Position numbers and translations under genes: made by a program. A stretch of 64,000 nucleotides of DNA from Gemmatimonadota bacterium (lineage in GTDB: Bacteria; Gemmatimonadota; Gemmatimonadetes; Longimicrobiales; Longimicrobiaceae). Below, piece by piece: positions 53,458-63,506 of this stretch; position 1 is the stretch's first letter; every line of letters begins with the position of its first letter. Below the pieces are notes generated by a model. That model saw nothing but the letters and a program-made list of their open reading frames with translations. It ran no database searches and was not told the origin of the DNA. The stretch lies in contig JBBDRR010000168.1 in the NCBI GenBank assembly GCA_040905395.1, positions 6,102-70,101 on the forward strand, in the 5' to 3' direction.

Positions 53458-53506
53458 GCTTGCCGCGCCGCGCGGCAAGAGCGCGATTCACTGATCCGCA
53501 TACACG

Positions 53507-54562
53507 ATGGAAATCTTCGAGCTGATAAGTGAGCACGGGCACGAACAAGTGGTCCTGTGCCATGAGCCCTCGTGCGGCTACAAGGGCATAATCGCCATCC
53601 ACGATACCACGCTGGGGCCGGCGCTCGGCGGTACGAGGTTCTGGAACTACGCCACCGACGGGGAGGCCTTCATTGATGCGCTCCGGCTCTCGCGGGGGAT
53701 GACGTACAAGGCATCCGTCGCCGGTCTGAATCTCGGCGGCGGAAAATCCGTAATCATTGGTGACCACAAGACGAAGCGGCGCGAGCCCGTCTTCCGTGCG
53801 CACGGCCGCTTCATCGAGAGCCTCGGCGGGCGCTACATCACCGCCGAAGACGTCGGGACGTCCGTGACCGACATGGACTACGTCCACATGGAGACGAACC
53901 ACGTCACCGGCCTGCCGGGAACCTCCGGGGATCCGTCGCCTCTGACGGCGTACGGTACGTACCGCGGGATCAAGGCTGCCGCCCTCGCCAAGTTCGGCAG
54001 CGACCAGTTGCGCGGCAGAACGATCGCCGTCCAGGGTCTCGGCAACGTCGGCTATCACCTCTGCGGCCACCTCGCCTCGGAGGACGTCGAGCTCATCGTC
54101 ACCGACATCGACGAGGGGCGGGTCCGCAAGGTCGTCGAGGAGTTCGGTGCCGAGTCGGTCGCCCCGGACGCGATCTACGGAGTCGAGGCCGACGTCTACG
54201 CGCCGTGCGCCCTGGGCGCCACCATCAGCGACGAGACGATCCCCCGGCTTCAGGTCGAGATCGTCGCCGGCGCGGCGAACAACGTCCTCGCCGAGCCCCG
54301 TCACGGAGACGTTCTGCACGAGAAGGGGATCCTTTACGCACCCGACTACGTGATCAATGCGGGTGGCCTGATCAGCGTGTACGGCGAGCTGAAGGGGTGG
54401 AGCGGCGAGCAAGCGATGCGCAAGGCGGCCGAGATCTATACGACGCTCAACAGCCTCTTCGAGCTCGCGAAGCACGAGGAAATGCCGACGTATCGGGCCG
54501 CGGATCGGATCGCCGAGCGCAGGATCGCGGAGGTGCGGCGAATTCAGAAGACGTGGGTCTGA
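53507..54562 (+). CDS. Leucine (Leu/Phe/Val) dehydrogenase
   Basis: 351 aa with GPALGGTRFWNY, GLNLGGGKSVI (catalytic Lys) and VQGLGNVG (NAD fold) motifs. Confidence 0.9.
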   Translation: MEIFELISEHGHEQVVLCHEPSCGYKGIIAIHDTTLGPALGGTRFWNYATDGEAFIDALRLSRGMTYKASVAGLNLGGGKSVIIGDHKTKRREPVFRAHGRFIESLGGRYITAEDVGTSVTDMDYVHMETNHVTGLPGTSGDPSPLTAYGTYRGIKAAALAKFGSDQLRGRTIAVQGLGNVGYHLCGHLASEDVELIVTDIDEGRVRKVVEEFGAESVAPDAIYGVEADVYAPCALGATISDETIPRLQVEIVAGAANNVLAEPRHGDVLHEKGILYAPDYVINAGGLISVYGELKGWSGEQAMRKAAEIYTTLNSLFELAKHEEMPTYRAADRIAERRIAEVRRIQKTWV

Positions 54563-54695
54563 GTCCGCGGCTGTTTCCTCCGCATGGCGCTGCTGCTCCG
54601 CTAACGCGCGGCGGGCCAGTGACGTGTTCGGACTGAAGACGGGAATGGTGGGCCGATGCCGGCGGGACTTCCACAACTCTCACGGGGTTGCCTCT

Positions 54696-57419
54696 ATGCA
54701 AGTCAGGTCATGGATACGGTTTTCGGTGTTTACCCTGCTCTTCCTTCTGATCGCCCGGCCGGCCATCGGTCAGTCGGGTTCCGTGACGGGAATCGTGAGG
54801 TCGGCTGAGACGAACTCGCCTCTGATCGCGGTGGTCGTGCAGCTGACGGGGGGGGACGGGGAACGCTTCGGCTCGACGCTCACGAACCAGACCGGCCGCT
54901 ATCAGATCAGCGGCGCCCCCGCCGGCACCTACGAGGTGGTCGTGACCACGACCGGCTTCGCGACGGCCCGCCAGACGGTCACCGTCGCACCGGGGCAGGC
55001 GGCCGCGGCCAACTTCGACCTGATCCCGCAGGCGATCGACCTAGACCCGGTCGTCGTCTCGGCCTCCCGGCGGGAGGAGCGGGCGCTCGACGCGCCGGCT
55101 CGGGTGGAGGTCATCGGTCCCGAGCTCATCGCCGAGCGGCCCGCCGTGCAGCCGACGGAGCACCTGCGCGGCGTCGCGGGCGTCGACATCGTCACACAGG
55201 GCCTGCAGTCGACCAACGTCGTCGCCCGGGGCTTCAACAACGTATTCTCCGGCGCGCTGCTCGCCCTGACCGATCACAGGATCGCGGCGATCCCGTCCTT
55301 GCGCGTGAATGCGCTCTACATGGTCCCCGCGACGAATGAGGACATCGAGCGGATGGAGGTGGTGCTCGGACCGGGATCGGCGCTGTACGGCCCGAACACC
55401 GCGAACGGAGTGCTGCACATGTTCACCCGCTCGCCGCTGACCTACCAGGGCAACACCATCTCCCTGACCGGAGGGGAACGGAGCGTTTTCCAGGGGACGG
55501 GTCGCACATCCCACCTGATAACCGACAATATCGGGGTGAAGCTCTCGGGGCAGTATTTCCGAGGAGACGAATGGGAATACATCGACCCCGTGGAACAGTC
55601 GGCCCGGGAGGAGGCACTGCCGTCCAACCCGAACACTCTCATCGGATCGCGTATGTTCGATACCGAGCGCTGGGGCGTCGATGGCCGCGTCGACTGGCGG
55701 ATCACCGACAACTCGACGGCAATCCTCTCGGCGGGTCGGAGCACGACGGTGCAGGGCGTTGAGCTGACCGGACTCGGGGCCGCTCAGGTACAGGACTGGA
55801 CGTACGACTACTTCCAGGGACGCTTCAACAGTGGCGGCCTCTTCGCGCAGGCGTATCTGAACACCTCCAGTGCGGGCGATACGTATCTCCTGCGTGACGC
55901 CGCCTCGATCGTAGACGACAGCAAGTTCTTCGTGGCTCAGGTCCAGCACGCGGTCTCACCCCGCAACTGGCAGGATTTCACGTACGGTATCGACTATCTC
56001 CGCACCATGCCGGAGACCGGGGGAACGATCCACGGGATATTCGAGGATGAAGACGAGTTCACGGAGATCGGTGCCTTCCTGCAGTCGGAGACGACCTTCG
56101 CGAACCGCTTCGACCTCGTTATGACCGGGCGCGTCGATCGGCACTCGGTGGTGGACGAGACGGTTTTCTCGCCCCGGGCGGCACTCGTGTTCCGGCCCGA
56201 CCAGACGCAGACCTTCCGCGTCTCCTACAATCGCGCGTACTCGAACCCGGGCTCGGTTCAGCTCTTCCTCGACCTCGGCGCCGGACCCGTTCCCGGCCCG
56301 CTTGGCGCGCTCGGCTACAACATCCGCGCGCGGGGGACTGGAACCTCGGGCTTAACCTTCCAGACGGAGAGCGGGGACTACGTGATGCGCTCCCCGTTCG
56401 GCGGCAACCCCAGCGAGATGCAAGCGATCACCGTCGCGAATTTGTGGCAGATGCAGGTACAGGGGCTGGCGGGGGCGCTCCGACAGCAGGGCATATTCAC
56501 AGAGCAGCAGGCCAGCCAGTTCGTTGGCTTCATGTTGTCAGAGCAGCCGTCGGCGACCATTTCCACCCTCAACCCGATCACCGAAGGCGTCGGAGACTTC
56601 GTTGGTCCCGCGGACGTTCCGGGCATCCGCGAATCGAACGTCACCACCTACGAGGTGGGTTACAAGGGTCTTCTCGGCGAGCGACTCCTCCTGGCGGCCG
56701 ACGTATGGTATGCGCAGCGCGACAACTTCATCTCGGCGCTCGTGCCCCAGTCGTCGTTCGTCCTGCTGAACCCGCAGCAGGTCATCGACCACTCGACCCC
56801 ACGAATTCAGGGCTTCCTGATGGCCGGTGGAATGTCACCGGCGCAGGCGCAGGCTACGGCCCAGGTGATCGCCGGACGGCTCGCGCAACTTCCCGGCGGC
56901 GTCGTCGCATCACCCGACGTCACGGCCGGCGGCGCCGATCTGCTGGTCAGCTACCGCAACTATGGTGATGTCGACCTCTGGGGCGGCGACGTTTCCGCTA
57001 CCGCCCTCTTCGGCCCGTGGACGGTGGGTTTGTCAGCGTCGCTCGTCAGCGACGACTACTTCCGCACGGAAGGGGAGATCGTCACCCTGAACGCACCCGA
57101 GCGTAAGGGCAGTGCTACCATCGGCTATCGCAACCGGAATCTCGGATTCAATGCGGAGGGGCGGGTCCGTTACTTTTCCGGGTTCCCGGTCAACTCCGGC
57201 GTCTTCGTCGGGATCCAGTGCATCGAGGCGGCGAACCCGGTCCAGTGTGTCGAATCGAACACCCTCGCCGACCTCACCGTGGGCTACGACGTCCCGCAGC
57301 TTCCCGGGGCCACGCTGCAGCTGACGGTGCAGAACGTCTTCGACAGCGACTACCAGAGCTTCATCGGCGTCCCCGAAGTGGGCCGGCTGGCGCTGCTTCG
57401 CCTCAGATACGACTTCTGA
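54696..57419 (+). CDS. TonB-dependent outer-membrane receptor with an N-terminal carboxypeptidase-regulatory-like domain
   Basis: Signal peptide, then [16 protein letters not shown]...[17 protein letters not shown] (CarbopepD_reg-like). A plug region, long beta-rich sequence and a terminal LRLRYDF with C-terminal Phe follow. Confidence 0.9.
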   Translation: MQVRSWIRFSVFTLLFLLIARPAIGQSGSVTGIVRSAETNSPLIAVVVQLTGGDGERFGSTLTNQTGRYQISGAPAGTYEVVVTTTGFATARQTVTVAPGQAAAANFDLIPQAIDLDPVVVSASRREERALDAPARVEVIGPELIAERPAVQPTEHLRGVAGVDIVTQGLQSTNVVARGFNNVFSGALLALTDHRIAAIPSLRVNALYMVPATNEDIERMEVVLGPGSALYGPNTANGVLHMFTRSPLTYQGNTISLTGGERSVFQGTGRTSHLITDNIGVKLSGQYFRGDEWEYIDPVEQSAREEALPSNPNTLIGSRMFDTERWGVDGRVDWRITDNSTAILSAGRSTTVQGVELTGLGAAQVQDWTYDYFQGRFNSGGLFAQAYLNTSSAGDTYLLRDAASIVDDSKFFVAQVQHAVSPRNWQDFTYGIDYLRTMPETGGTIHGIFEDEDEFTEIGAFLQSETTFANRFDLVMTGRVDRHSVVDETVFSPRAALVFRPDQTQTFRVSYNRAYSNPGSVQLFLDLGAGPVPGPLGALGYNIRARGTGTSGLTFQTESGDYVMRSPFGGNPSEMQAITVANLWQMQVQGLAGALRQQGIFTEQQASQFVGFMLSEQPSATISTLNPITEGVGDFVGPADVPGIRESNVTTYEVGYKGLLGERLLLAADVWYAQRDNFISALVPQSSFVLLNPQQVIDHSTPRIQGFLMAGGMSPAQAQATAQVIAGRLAQLPGGVVASPDVTAGGADLLVSYRNYGDVDLWGGDVSATALFGPWTVGLSASLVSDDYFRTEGEIVTLNAPERKGSATIGYRNRNLGFNAEGRVRYFSGFPVNSGVFVGIQCIEAANPVQCVESNTLADLTVGYDVPQLPGATLQLTVQNVFDSDYQSFIGVPEVGRLALLRLRYDF

Positions 57420-57435
57420 CCGAGAGATCGTCCCG

Positions 57436-57483
57436 GGAGCGGGGGCGGGGGGGGCGGCCGGCGTCGGCCCCGCTCCGCTTTTT
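57436..57483 (+). terminator. Rho-independent terminator after the TonB-dependent receptor gene
   Basis: 9-bp GC stem GGAGCGGGG/CCCCGCTCC followed by GC and TTTTT (57479-57483). Confidence 0.75.
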
Positions 57484-57651
57484 GACGGAATCATGGTCGC
57501 CGATTGGCGCCCGGGTGTGCGCGCCGCCCGGCGATCGTCGGGGGGTGTCCGAATCGGTCGAATCGACCGGGCTGAACCCTCGACACTCAGCCTTCCCGGG
57601 GTTACCATTCGGCCCTGTTCCGCATCAATGAACCGGGTGACCAACAGATCC

Positions 57652-58902
57652 ATGGAATCGCTGACCAGAACCGACCCGGAGATCCACCGCCTGATCGGCG
57701 AAGAAGCCGCGCGGCAGGGGGATCAGCTCGAGATGATCGCATCGGAGAACTTCGTGTCTCCGGCCGTCATGCAGGCGATGGGCAGCGTCCTCACGAACAA
57801 GTACGCCGAGGGCTATCCAGGCAAGCGGTACTACGGCGGCTGCGAGGTGGTGGACGAAGTGGAGCGGCTCGCGCAGGAGCGCCTGCTGGAGCTCTTCGGG
57901 GCCAGCCACGCCAACGTGCAGCCGCACTCCGGCGCCCAGGCGAACATGGCGGCGTTCTTCGCCCTCCTCGAGCCCGGCGACACGATGCTCGGGATGAACC
58001 TCTCCGAGGGCGGTCACCTGACGCACGGGTCCCCGGTGAACTTCAGCGGGCGCCTCTACGACATCGTTCCGTACGGCGTCCGCCCGGACGATCACCGGAT
58101 CGACTACGATCAGCTCCGCAGCCTGGCGCAGAAGCACCGGCCGAAGGTGATCATCGCCGGGGCGAGCGCCTATCCCCGCACGATCGACTTCGAGGCCTTC
58201 GGCGGCATAGCGACGGAGGTCGGAGCGAGGCTGGTCGTCGATATGGCGCACATCGCCGGGCTCGTGGCGACGGGGCACCATCCCAACCCCGTCCCGTTCG
58301 CCGACATCGTCACCTCCACGACCCACAAGACGCTGCGCGGACCCCGCGGCGGTCTGATCCTGACGACCGAGGAGCTCGCCAGGGCCGTCGACAAGCAGAT
58401 CTTTCCGGGCATTCAGGGCGGTCCGCTGATGCACGTCATCGCTGCGAAGGCCGTCGCGTTCAAGGAGGCGCTGCAGCCGGACTTCAAGGACTATTCGGCC
58501 CGCGTCATCCGGAATGCGCAGGTACTCGGCGAAGGACTTCTCGAGCGCGGCTTCGATCTCGTCTCCGGAGGGACCGACAACCACCTCCTGCTCGTGGACC
58601 TCAGGAGCAAGGGCGTGACGGGCAAGGATGCCGAGAAGGCACTGGAGCGGGCCGGCATTACCGTCAACAAGAATACGGTGCCGGGCGAGACCGAGTCGCC
58701 GTTCGTCACCTCCGGCGTCCGGATCGGCACCCCGGCGCTGACGACGCGCGGCTTCGGTGAAACGGAGATGCGCGAGATCGCCGTCCTCATCGACCGCGCG
58801 GTGACCGGTCGCGGCGACGACGGCGAGCTCGCGGCGGTACGGGGCGAGGTCAGTGAGATCTGTGGCCGGTATCCACTATATCGCGAGCTGGCGGCCGTCT
58901 GA
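57652..58902 (+). CDS. glyA: Serine hydroxymethyltransferase
   Basis: 416 aa from the ATG at 57652 (alternative ATG at 57628). [22 protein letters not shown] and [14 protein letters not shown] (PLP Lys) motifs. Confidence 0.95.
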   Translation: MESLTRTDPEIHRLIGEEAARQGDQLEMIASENFVSPAVMQAMGSVLTNKYAEGYPGKRYYGGCEVVDEVERLAQERLLELFGASHANVQPHSGAQANMAAFFALLEPGDTMLGMNLSEGGHLTHGSPVNFSGRLYDIVPYGVRPDDHRIDYDQLRSLAQKHRPKVIIAGASAYPRTIDFEAFGGIATEVGARLVVDMAHIAGLVATGHHPNPVPFADIVTSTTHKTLRGPRGGLILTTEELARAVDKQIFPGIQGGPLMHVIAAKAVAFKEALQPDFKDYSARVIRNAQVLGEGLLERGFDLVSGGTDNHLLLVDLRSKGVTGKDAEKALERAGITVNKNTVPGETESPFVTSGVRIGTPALTTRGFGETEMREIAVLIDRAVTGRGDDGELAAVRGEVSEICGRYPLYRELAAV

Positions 58903-58945
58903 GCCGCCGCTCCCGCCGGTTCCAGAAACCCGGTCGGAGCGGCGG
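58903..58945 (+). terminator. GC-rich hairpin immediately after the glyA stop (no U tract)
   Basis: CCGCCGCTCC(c)GCCGG pairs with CCGG(t)CGGAGCGGCGG, giving a stem of about 15 bp with a 9-nt loop. Confidence 0.4.
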
Positions 58946-59014
58946 GGTACCACGCGACTCACGCCGGCTGAAGCACCTCGTACGGACGTTCGCAACCTCG
59001 TGGCAGGACCTGAG

Positions 59015-60403
59015 ATGAAGAAAGCCTTTATCGAAACGTACGGATGTCAGATGAACATCAGCGATACCGAGCTGATGCATGGCATTCTTGCGGAGAGTGG
59101 CTACACGGCGACCGACACACCGGAGGACGCCGACGTCATTCTGGTCAACACCTGCGCGATTCGAGAGCATGCGGAGCAGCGGGTCCTCGGCAGGGTGGGG
59201 CAGTTGCAGCAGTATCGCGAGACGCGGCCGGACGTTCTGATCGGCGTCACCGGCTGCATGGCCCAGCGTATGGGGGACGACCTTCTTCAGAAGGCCGGCG
59301 GCGTCGACCTCGTCATGGGTCCGGACGCCTACCGGACGCTTCCGGAAGCCCTCGACCGTCTGCGGCCGCCGACGGAGCCGGCCCCGGTGCAGGGCCGCGC
59401 GCTCCCCGTCGTCGGTACGAATTCGGTGCCCGCCACCGGCGGCCTGACCGTCCTCGACTTCGATCCGTTCGAGAACTACGAGGGGATCGCCCCGCGGCGG
59501 ACCTCCGAGGTCTCCGCCTGGATTCCCGTTCAGCGCGGATGCAACTATCGCTGCACGTACTGCATCGTGCCGTACGTGCGGGGGGATGAGAAGAACCGTC
59601 ATCCTGAACAGATCCTGGACGAGGTCCGCGGTCTCGCCGCTTCGGGCGTTCCGGAGGTGACTCTCCTCGGCCAGACTGTGAACTCCTACGAGCACGACGA
59701 GTGGGACTTTCCGGCGCTCCTCCGCGCTGTCGCCAGGGTCGACGGCATTCGGCGCGTCCGCTTCACCTCGCCTCATCCGAACGACTTTACCCGCGAGCTG
59801 GTAGCGGTGATGGCCGAGGAGCCGAACGTCTGCAAGCAGCTCCACCTTCCGGTCCAGTCCGGGAACAACCGCACGCTCAAGAGGATGCTCCGTCGATATA
59901 CGGTCGAGGGCTACCTCGAGAAGATCGACTGGGTGCGCGAAGCCGTTCCCGATATCGCGCTGTCCACGGATGTCATCGTGGCCTTCCCAGGCGAAGCGGA
60001 TGACGAGTACGAGGCGACCCTCGACCTGATGCGCCGGGTGAGGTTCGACGACGCGTTCCTGTATCGATACTCCCTTCGCGACGGGACGCCGGCGACCCGA
60101 CTGCCATCCGAGGATTTCATCGCAGACGAGGTCGCCCAGTCACGGCTGGAGCGGCTGATCGAGCTCCATCGCGGCATCCAGCTGCAGATAAATCAGGCGC
60201 AGGTCGGCCGCGTCGAGGAGGTGCTGGTCGAGAGGATCGCGAAACGCGGCGGTCTGCAGGGCCGCACCGAAGGGAACAAGGTGGTGGTGTTCGACGGCGC
60301 CGTCGAATCGATCGGCAGCTTCGCGCACGTGCGCCTCACATCCACTACCGGCGCCACCTTTGCCGGTCGCCTCCTCTCGACGGCCGAGCAGCGGGTCGCA
60401 TGA
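59015..60403 (+). CDS. miaB: tRNA (N6-isopentenyl adenosine(37)-C2)-methylthiotransferase
   Basis: 462 aa with the UPF0004 N-terminus (FIETYGCQMN), the radical-SAM CNYRCTYCIVP motif and a C-terminal TRAM domain. Confidence 0.95.
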   Translation: MKKAFIETYGCQMNISDTELMHGILAESGYTATDTPEDADVILVNTCAIREHAEQRVLGRVGQLQQYRETRPDVLIGVTGCMAQRMGDDLLQKAGGVDLVMGPDAYRTLPEALDRLRPPTEPAPVQGRALPVVGTNSVPATGGLTVLDFDPFENYEGIAPRRTSEVSAWIPVQRGCNYRCTYCIVPYVRGDEKNRHPEQILDEVRGLAASGVPEVTLLGQTVNSYEHDEWDFPALLRAVARVDGIRRVRFTSPHPNDFTRELVAVMAEEPNVCKQLHLPVQSGNNRTLKRMLRRYTVEGYLEKIDWVREAVPDIALSTDVIVAFPGEADDEYEATLDLMRRVRFDDAFLYRYSLRDGTPATRLPSEDFIADEVAQSRLERLIELHRGIQLQINQAQVGRVEEVLVERIAKRGGLQGRTEGNKVVVFDGAVESIGSFAHVRLTSTTGATFAGRLLSTAEQRVA

Positions 60404-60440
60404 GTCGAGGCAGAGAGGGCAGCGGTTGGAATACAGAGAA

Positions 60441-60746
60441 ATGAGAGGCCGGCGCGATAGGGGCTGGGGACGGTGGGCTGCCGTAGGCGTACTCGTCGTC
60501 GTCGCCGCCTTCTTCTCCTTCCTCAACGCGGGTGAGCGGGTCAGCCTCGATATCGGCGTGACGACGCTCTACCGCGTATCGCTGGTCGGACTCGTTTTCG
60601 CGGTCTTCCTGCTCGGCATGGTCGCGATGTTTCTATTCGGTCTCCGCCACGACCGGCAGATCCGTGACGCGCTGAAGTCGAGCGAGCCGCTCCCGCCGCC
60701 GTCCGAGATCTATCCCTTCGAACCCCCACCCGAACCGCCTGTGTGA
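60441..60746 (+). CDS. Hypothetical small membrane protein (LapA/DUF1049-like topology)
   Basis: 101 aa with two TM helices followed by a Pro-rich tail. The stop overlaps the comEC GTG (GTGA). Confidence 0.5.
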   Translation: MRGRRDRGWGRWAAVGVLVVVAAFFSFLNAGERVSLDIGVTTLYRVSLVGLVFAVFLLGMVAMFLFGLRHDRQIRDALKSSEPLPPPSEIYPFEPPPEPPV

Positions 60747-63094
60747 ACCATTTCAGGCGCCCCCTCGTGGTGGCGCTGCTCGCCTACCTCGCCGGTCTCC
60801 TCACCGCTCTCCGCTTCGCTCTCCCGGCCACGCCCCTGGTTCTGCTCTCCGGCGCGATCCTCGTCGCGCTACTCATTTCCCGGGGGGGTGCCGCGGTCCG
60901 GCGGCTGCCGAACGACGCCCTCCTGCTGGTGCTCTTCGCGGCGAGCGGCGCCGTCGCGGGGACCTTCGCACGCCAGCAAACCGTGGCGGACTGCCGAGCC
61001 GGCCTCGCCGACGGACAACACATCTCGGTAGCGGGGACGCTCGCCGCGGCCCATCGGCCGGCGGACCGCGGCGCCCGGCCACCCCTCCTCCCACTCGACC
61101 CGGTCCGCTCAGTGGAAGACGCGGTGTGCTCCGAGGAACTGCGCGTTCGCATGCCTCCGGAGCAGGCTTCGCTCCGACCCGGAGCCCACCTGGAGATCGC
61201 GGGGACCTGGCGGACATTCACACCACCGCTGGTGAGGAGCCCCTGGCCAAGGGATCCGCGCTTCCTCGGTTTCCTCCTCGTGGATTCGGTACGGGTCGGC
61301 CCCGCGCGATCGGGCGGATTCGGCGGTTTCGCGCTCGGCCTCCGTGCCCGTGCCGACGAGCGGCTGCAGAGGCTGTTCCCCCGGCACATCGAGCTCGTCG
61401 AAGCACTCGTCCTCGGCCGTCGCGAATACGTGAGCACGGAGCTGCGGGACCGATTCTCCCGTGCCGGGCTCTCGCACCTGCTGGCGATCTCCGGGATGCA
61501 CGTCGGCCTTCTCGCTGCGGCGGTCCTTCTTCTCGGATCCGCGGCGAGACTCTCCCGCCGCCGCTCGATCGCACTCACCTTGGGACTGACCTGGCTGTAC
61601 CTGCTGGTGATCGGCGCCGGTCCTTCGGCGGTGCGCGCGGGCATCATGATCTCGCTCGCGCTCGCCGCGTCGCTCCTGCAGCGGCCGGCTGCTGCGGCTC
61701 CGATCGTTGCCGCCGCGGCATTCGTCATCGTCGCGACGAACCCCTTGGCGATACTCGACCCAGGCTTCCAGCTCTCGTTCGCCGGCGTTCTCGGCATCAT
61801 CCTGCTCCGTCCGCCGCTACTCACCCTCACACCCGATCAACTACAGCACCGGTCGATCTACCGATCGGCGGTCGACGCCGCCGTCGTCGGCATAGCCGCC
61901 TTCATCGTGACGGCGCCGATCGTCGCTCACCACTTCGGCATCGTCGCGCCCGTATCGATGCTCGCCGGGCTTCCCGCCGTCCCCGTGATGAGCCTCGCCC
62001 TCATCGGTGCGCTCGCGGCACTCCTGACCGAACCCGTGCTGTCGCCTCTCGCCCATCTGTTCTCTGCGGGCGCGGCACTCGCGCTCGATCTGCTCGATGT
62101 GATCGCCACCCTTGCCGCCGCCCTTCCGTACGGCAATGCGGCCGTTCCGCGGCCGCCCTGGTGGAGCTGGTCGATCGCCGCCGCGGCCGGCGTCGGAGCA
62201 TGGAGGTCCGCCGCCAGCGGCGGTGTTCGCCTCAGGTGGATCAACGGAATTGGCGCGACGCTTGCCGTCCTCACCGTCTGGCCTCTGGCGGCGAGGGGCG
62301 CAGATGACCGCCTCGAGATCCATTTCATAGACGTCGGGCAGGGCGATGCCATCGCCATTCGAACCCCCGGCCGTCGCTGGCTCCTGGTCGACACCGGTCC
62401 CGCATCCGCGGAATACGACGCCGGCGAACGCCGTGTGCTCCCCTTCCTCCGCGACCGGGGGGCACGCCGCATCGAGGCGCTCGTCCTCTCGCATCCCGAC
62501 CTGGACCACATCGGCGGCGCCGCGGCGGTTCTCCGGGGCATCCCGACCGACATCGTCTTCGATCCCGGCCTCGCAGTCGGCAAGGACACCTATCTCGATC
62601 TGTTGCGAGGGATGGATCTCGAGGGTACCCGCTGGCGAGCGGCGCGCTCGGGGCGAACGATGGAGCTCGACGGGGTACGCTTCGATTTCCTCTGGCCGGA
62701 CCCGGAAACAGTTGACGTTGCGGAGGATGCGAACCAGATTAGCGCGGTGCTGAGGGTCACTTTCGGTGACTTCGTCCTCCTCCTCACCGGTGACGTCGGG
62801 TCCGCTGTCGAGGACCTGCTCGTCGATCGCCACGGCGCCGCCCTCGACACGGACCTGCTCAAGCTCGGGCATCACGGTAGCGCGACGTCGACCTCGGAGC
62901 GTTTCCTCCGCGTCACCACGCCCGAGCTGGCGATCGTTTCCGCTGGACGACGCAATCGGTATGGTCATCCCGCACCCGCGGTCGTCGAACGGGTAGCGGC
63001 TGAGGGGATCCCGATCGCCCGAACCGATCGAGAGGGGAGCGTGTCGATAGAGGTCGAAGGTGGCGGGCGCGCATGGAGGCGGCGCGAGTGGTAA
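60743..63094 (+). CDS. comEC: DNA internalization-related competence protein ComEC/Rec2 with a C-terminal MBL domain
   Basis: 783 aa. Polytopic competence domain (SHLLAISGMHVG) and a C-terminal MBL fold (IDVGQGDA, SHPDLDHIGG, GHHGS). Confidence 0.9.
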   Translation: MNHFRRPLVVALLAYLAGLLTALRFALPATPLVLLSGAILVALLISRGGAAVRRLPNDALLLVLFAASGAVAGTFARQQTVADCRAGLADGQHISVAGTLAAAHRPADRGARPPLLPLDPVRSVEDAVCSEELRVRMPPEQASLRPGAHLEIAGTWRTFTPPLVRSPWPRDPRFLGFLLVDSVRVGPARSGGFGGFALGLRARADERLQRLFPRHIELVEALVLGRREYVSTELRDRFSRAGLSHLLAISGMHVGLLAAAVLLLGSAARLSRRRSIALTLGLTWLYLLVIGAGPSAVRAGIMISLALAASLLQRPAAAAPIVAAAAFVIVATNPLAILDPGFQLSFAGVLGIILLRPPLLTLTPDQLQHRSIYRSAVDAAVVGIAAFIVTAPIVAHHFGIVAPVSMLAGLPAVPVMSLALIGALAALLTEPVLSPLAHLFSAGAALALDLLDVIATLAAALPYGNAAVPRPPWWSWSIAAAAGVGAWRSAASGGVRLRWINGIGATLAVLTVWPLAARGADDRLEIHFIDVGQGDAIAIRTPGRRWLLVDTGPASAEYDAGERRVLPFLRDRGARRIEALVLSHPDLDHIGGAAAVLRGIPTDIVFDPGLAVGKDTYLDLLRGMDLEGTRWRAARSGRTMELDGVRFDFLWPDPETVDVAEDANQISAVLRVTFGDFVLLLTGDVGSAVEDLLVDRHGAALDTDLLKLGHHGSATSTSERFLRVTTPELAIVSAGRRNRYGHPAPAVVERVAAEGIPIARTDREGSVSIEVEGGGRAWRRREW

Positions 63095-63095
63095 G

Positions 63096-63506
63096 ATGAT
63101 GGAGATTCTGCGCGCAGCGGTGCTTGGACAGAAGCTGGGAGACTCCCCGGATCTACCCGACGGGCAGGTGCCGCCCACCCTCGTCCTGCGCCGCGGGCGC
63201 CTGATCCCGCTGATCGGTGGGTTGTTGGCGGGAATGAACCGCTCCGCGGCGGCCGTGACGCTCCGCAGGACGATAATCGTCGCCCCTGACGTCGAGCTGA
63301 CGCCTCGCCTGCTGGCTCACGAGCTCGCCCACGTCAGGCAGTGGGAAGCCGATTGGCTCTTCCCACTCCGCTACTCGCTGGCTACCCTTCGTCACGGGTA
63401 CCGGGATAATCCATACGAGGTAGAGGCGCGCGAGGTAGAGGCCTCCGTCCGCCGAGCCCAATCCGGTGAGGACACGACCGAATGGAGATGGAGAGATCCG
63501 TCGTAA
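63096..63506 (+). CDS. Small HExxH-motif protein (DUF4157-like putative zinc metallopeptidase)
   Basis: 136 aa. VTLRRTIIVAPD...LLAHELAHVRQWE resembles the DUF4157 core. The last 25 nt overlap the fbp start. Confidence 0.5.
   Translation: MMEILRAAVLGQKLGDSPDLPDGQVPPTLVLRRGRLIPLIGGLLAGMNRSAAAVTLRRTIIVAPDVELTPRLLAHELAHVRQWEADWLFPLRYSLATLRHGYRDNPYEVEAREVEASVRRAQSGEDTTEWRWRDPS

Noticed and set aside
54563-54695. Cobalamin riboswitch in front of the TonB-dependent receptor, suggested by the B12-box-like GCCAGTG.
   Set aside because: Only about 130 nt are available, and none of the other conserved cobalamin-riboswitch segments could be recognised. The resemblance is a single heptamer.
57485-57627. 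ZTP (pfl) riboswitch upstream of glyA, suggested by GATTGGCG and CCGCCCGGCG strings.
   Set aside because: The two strings are only about 14 nt apart and simply form one hairpin (GGTCGCCG/CGGCGATC). The P1/P2 sub-domain and the linker plus pseudoknot architecture of ZTP riboswitches are missing. A cmscan with RF01750 would settle it.
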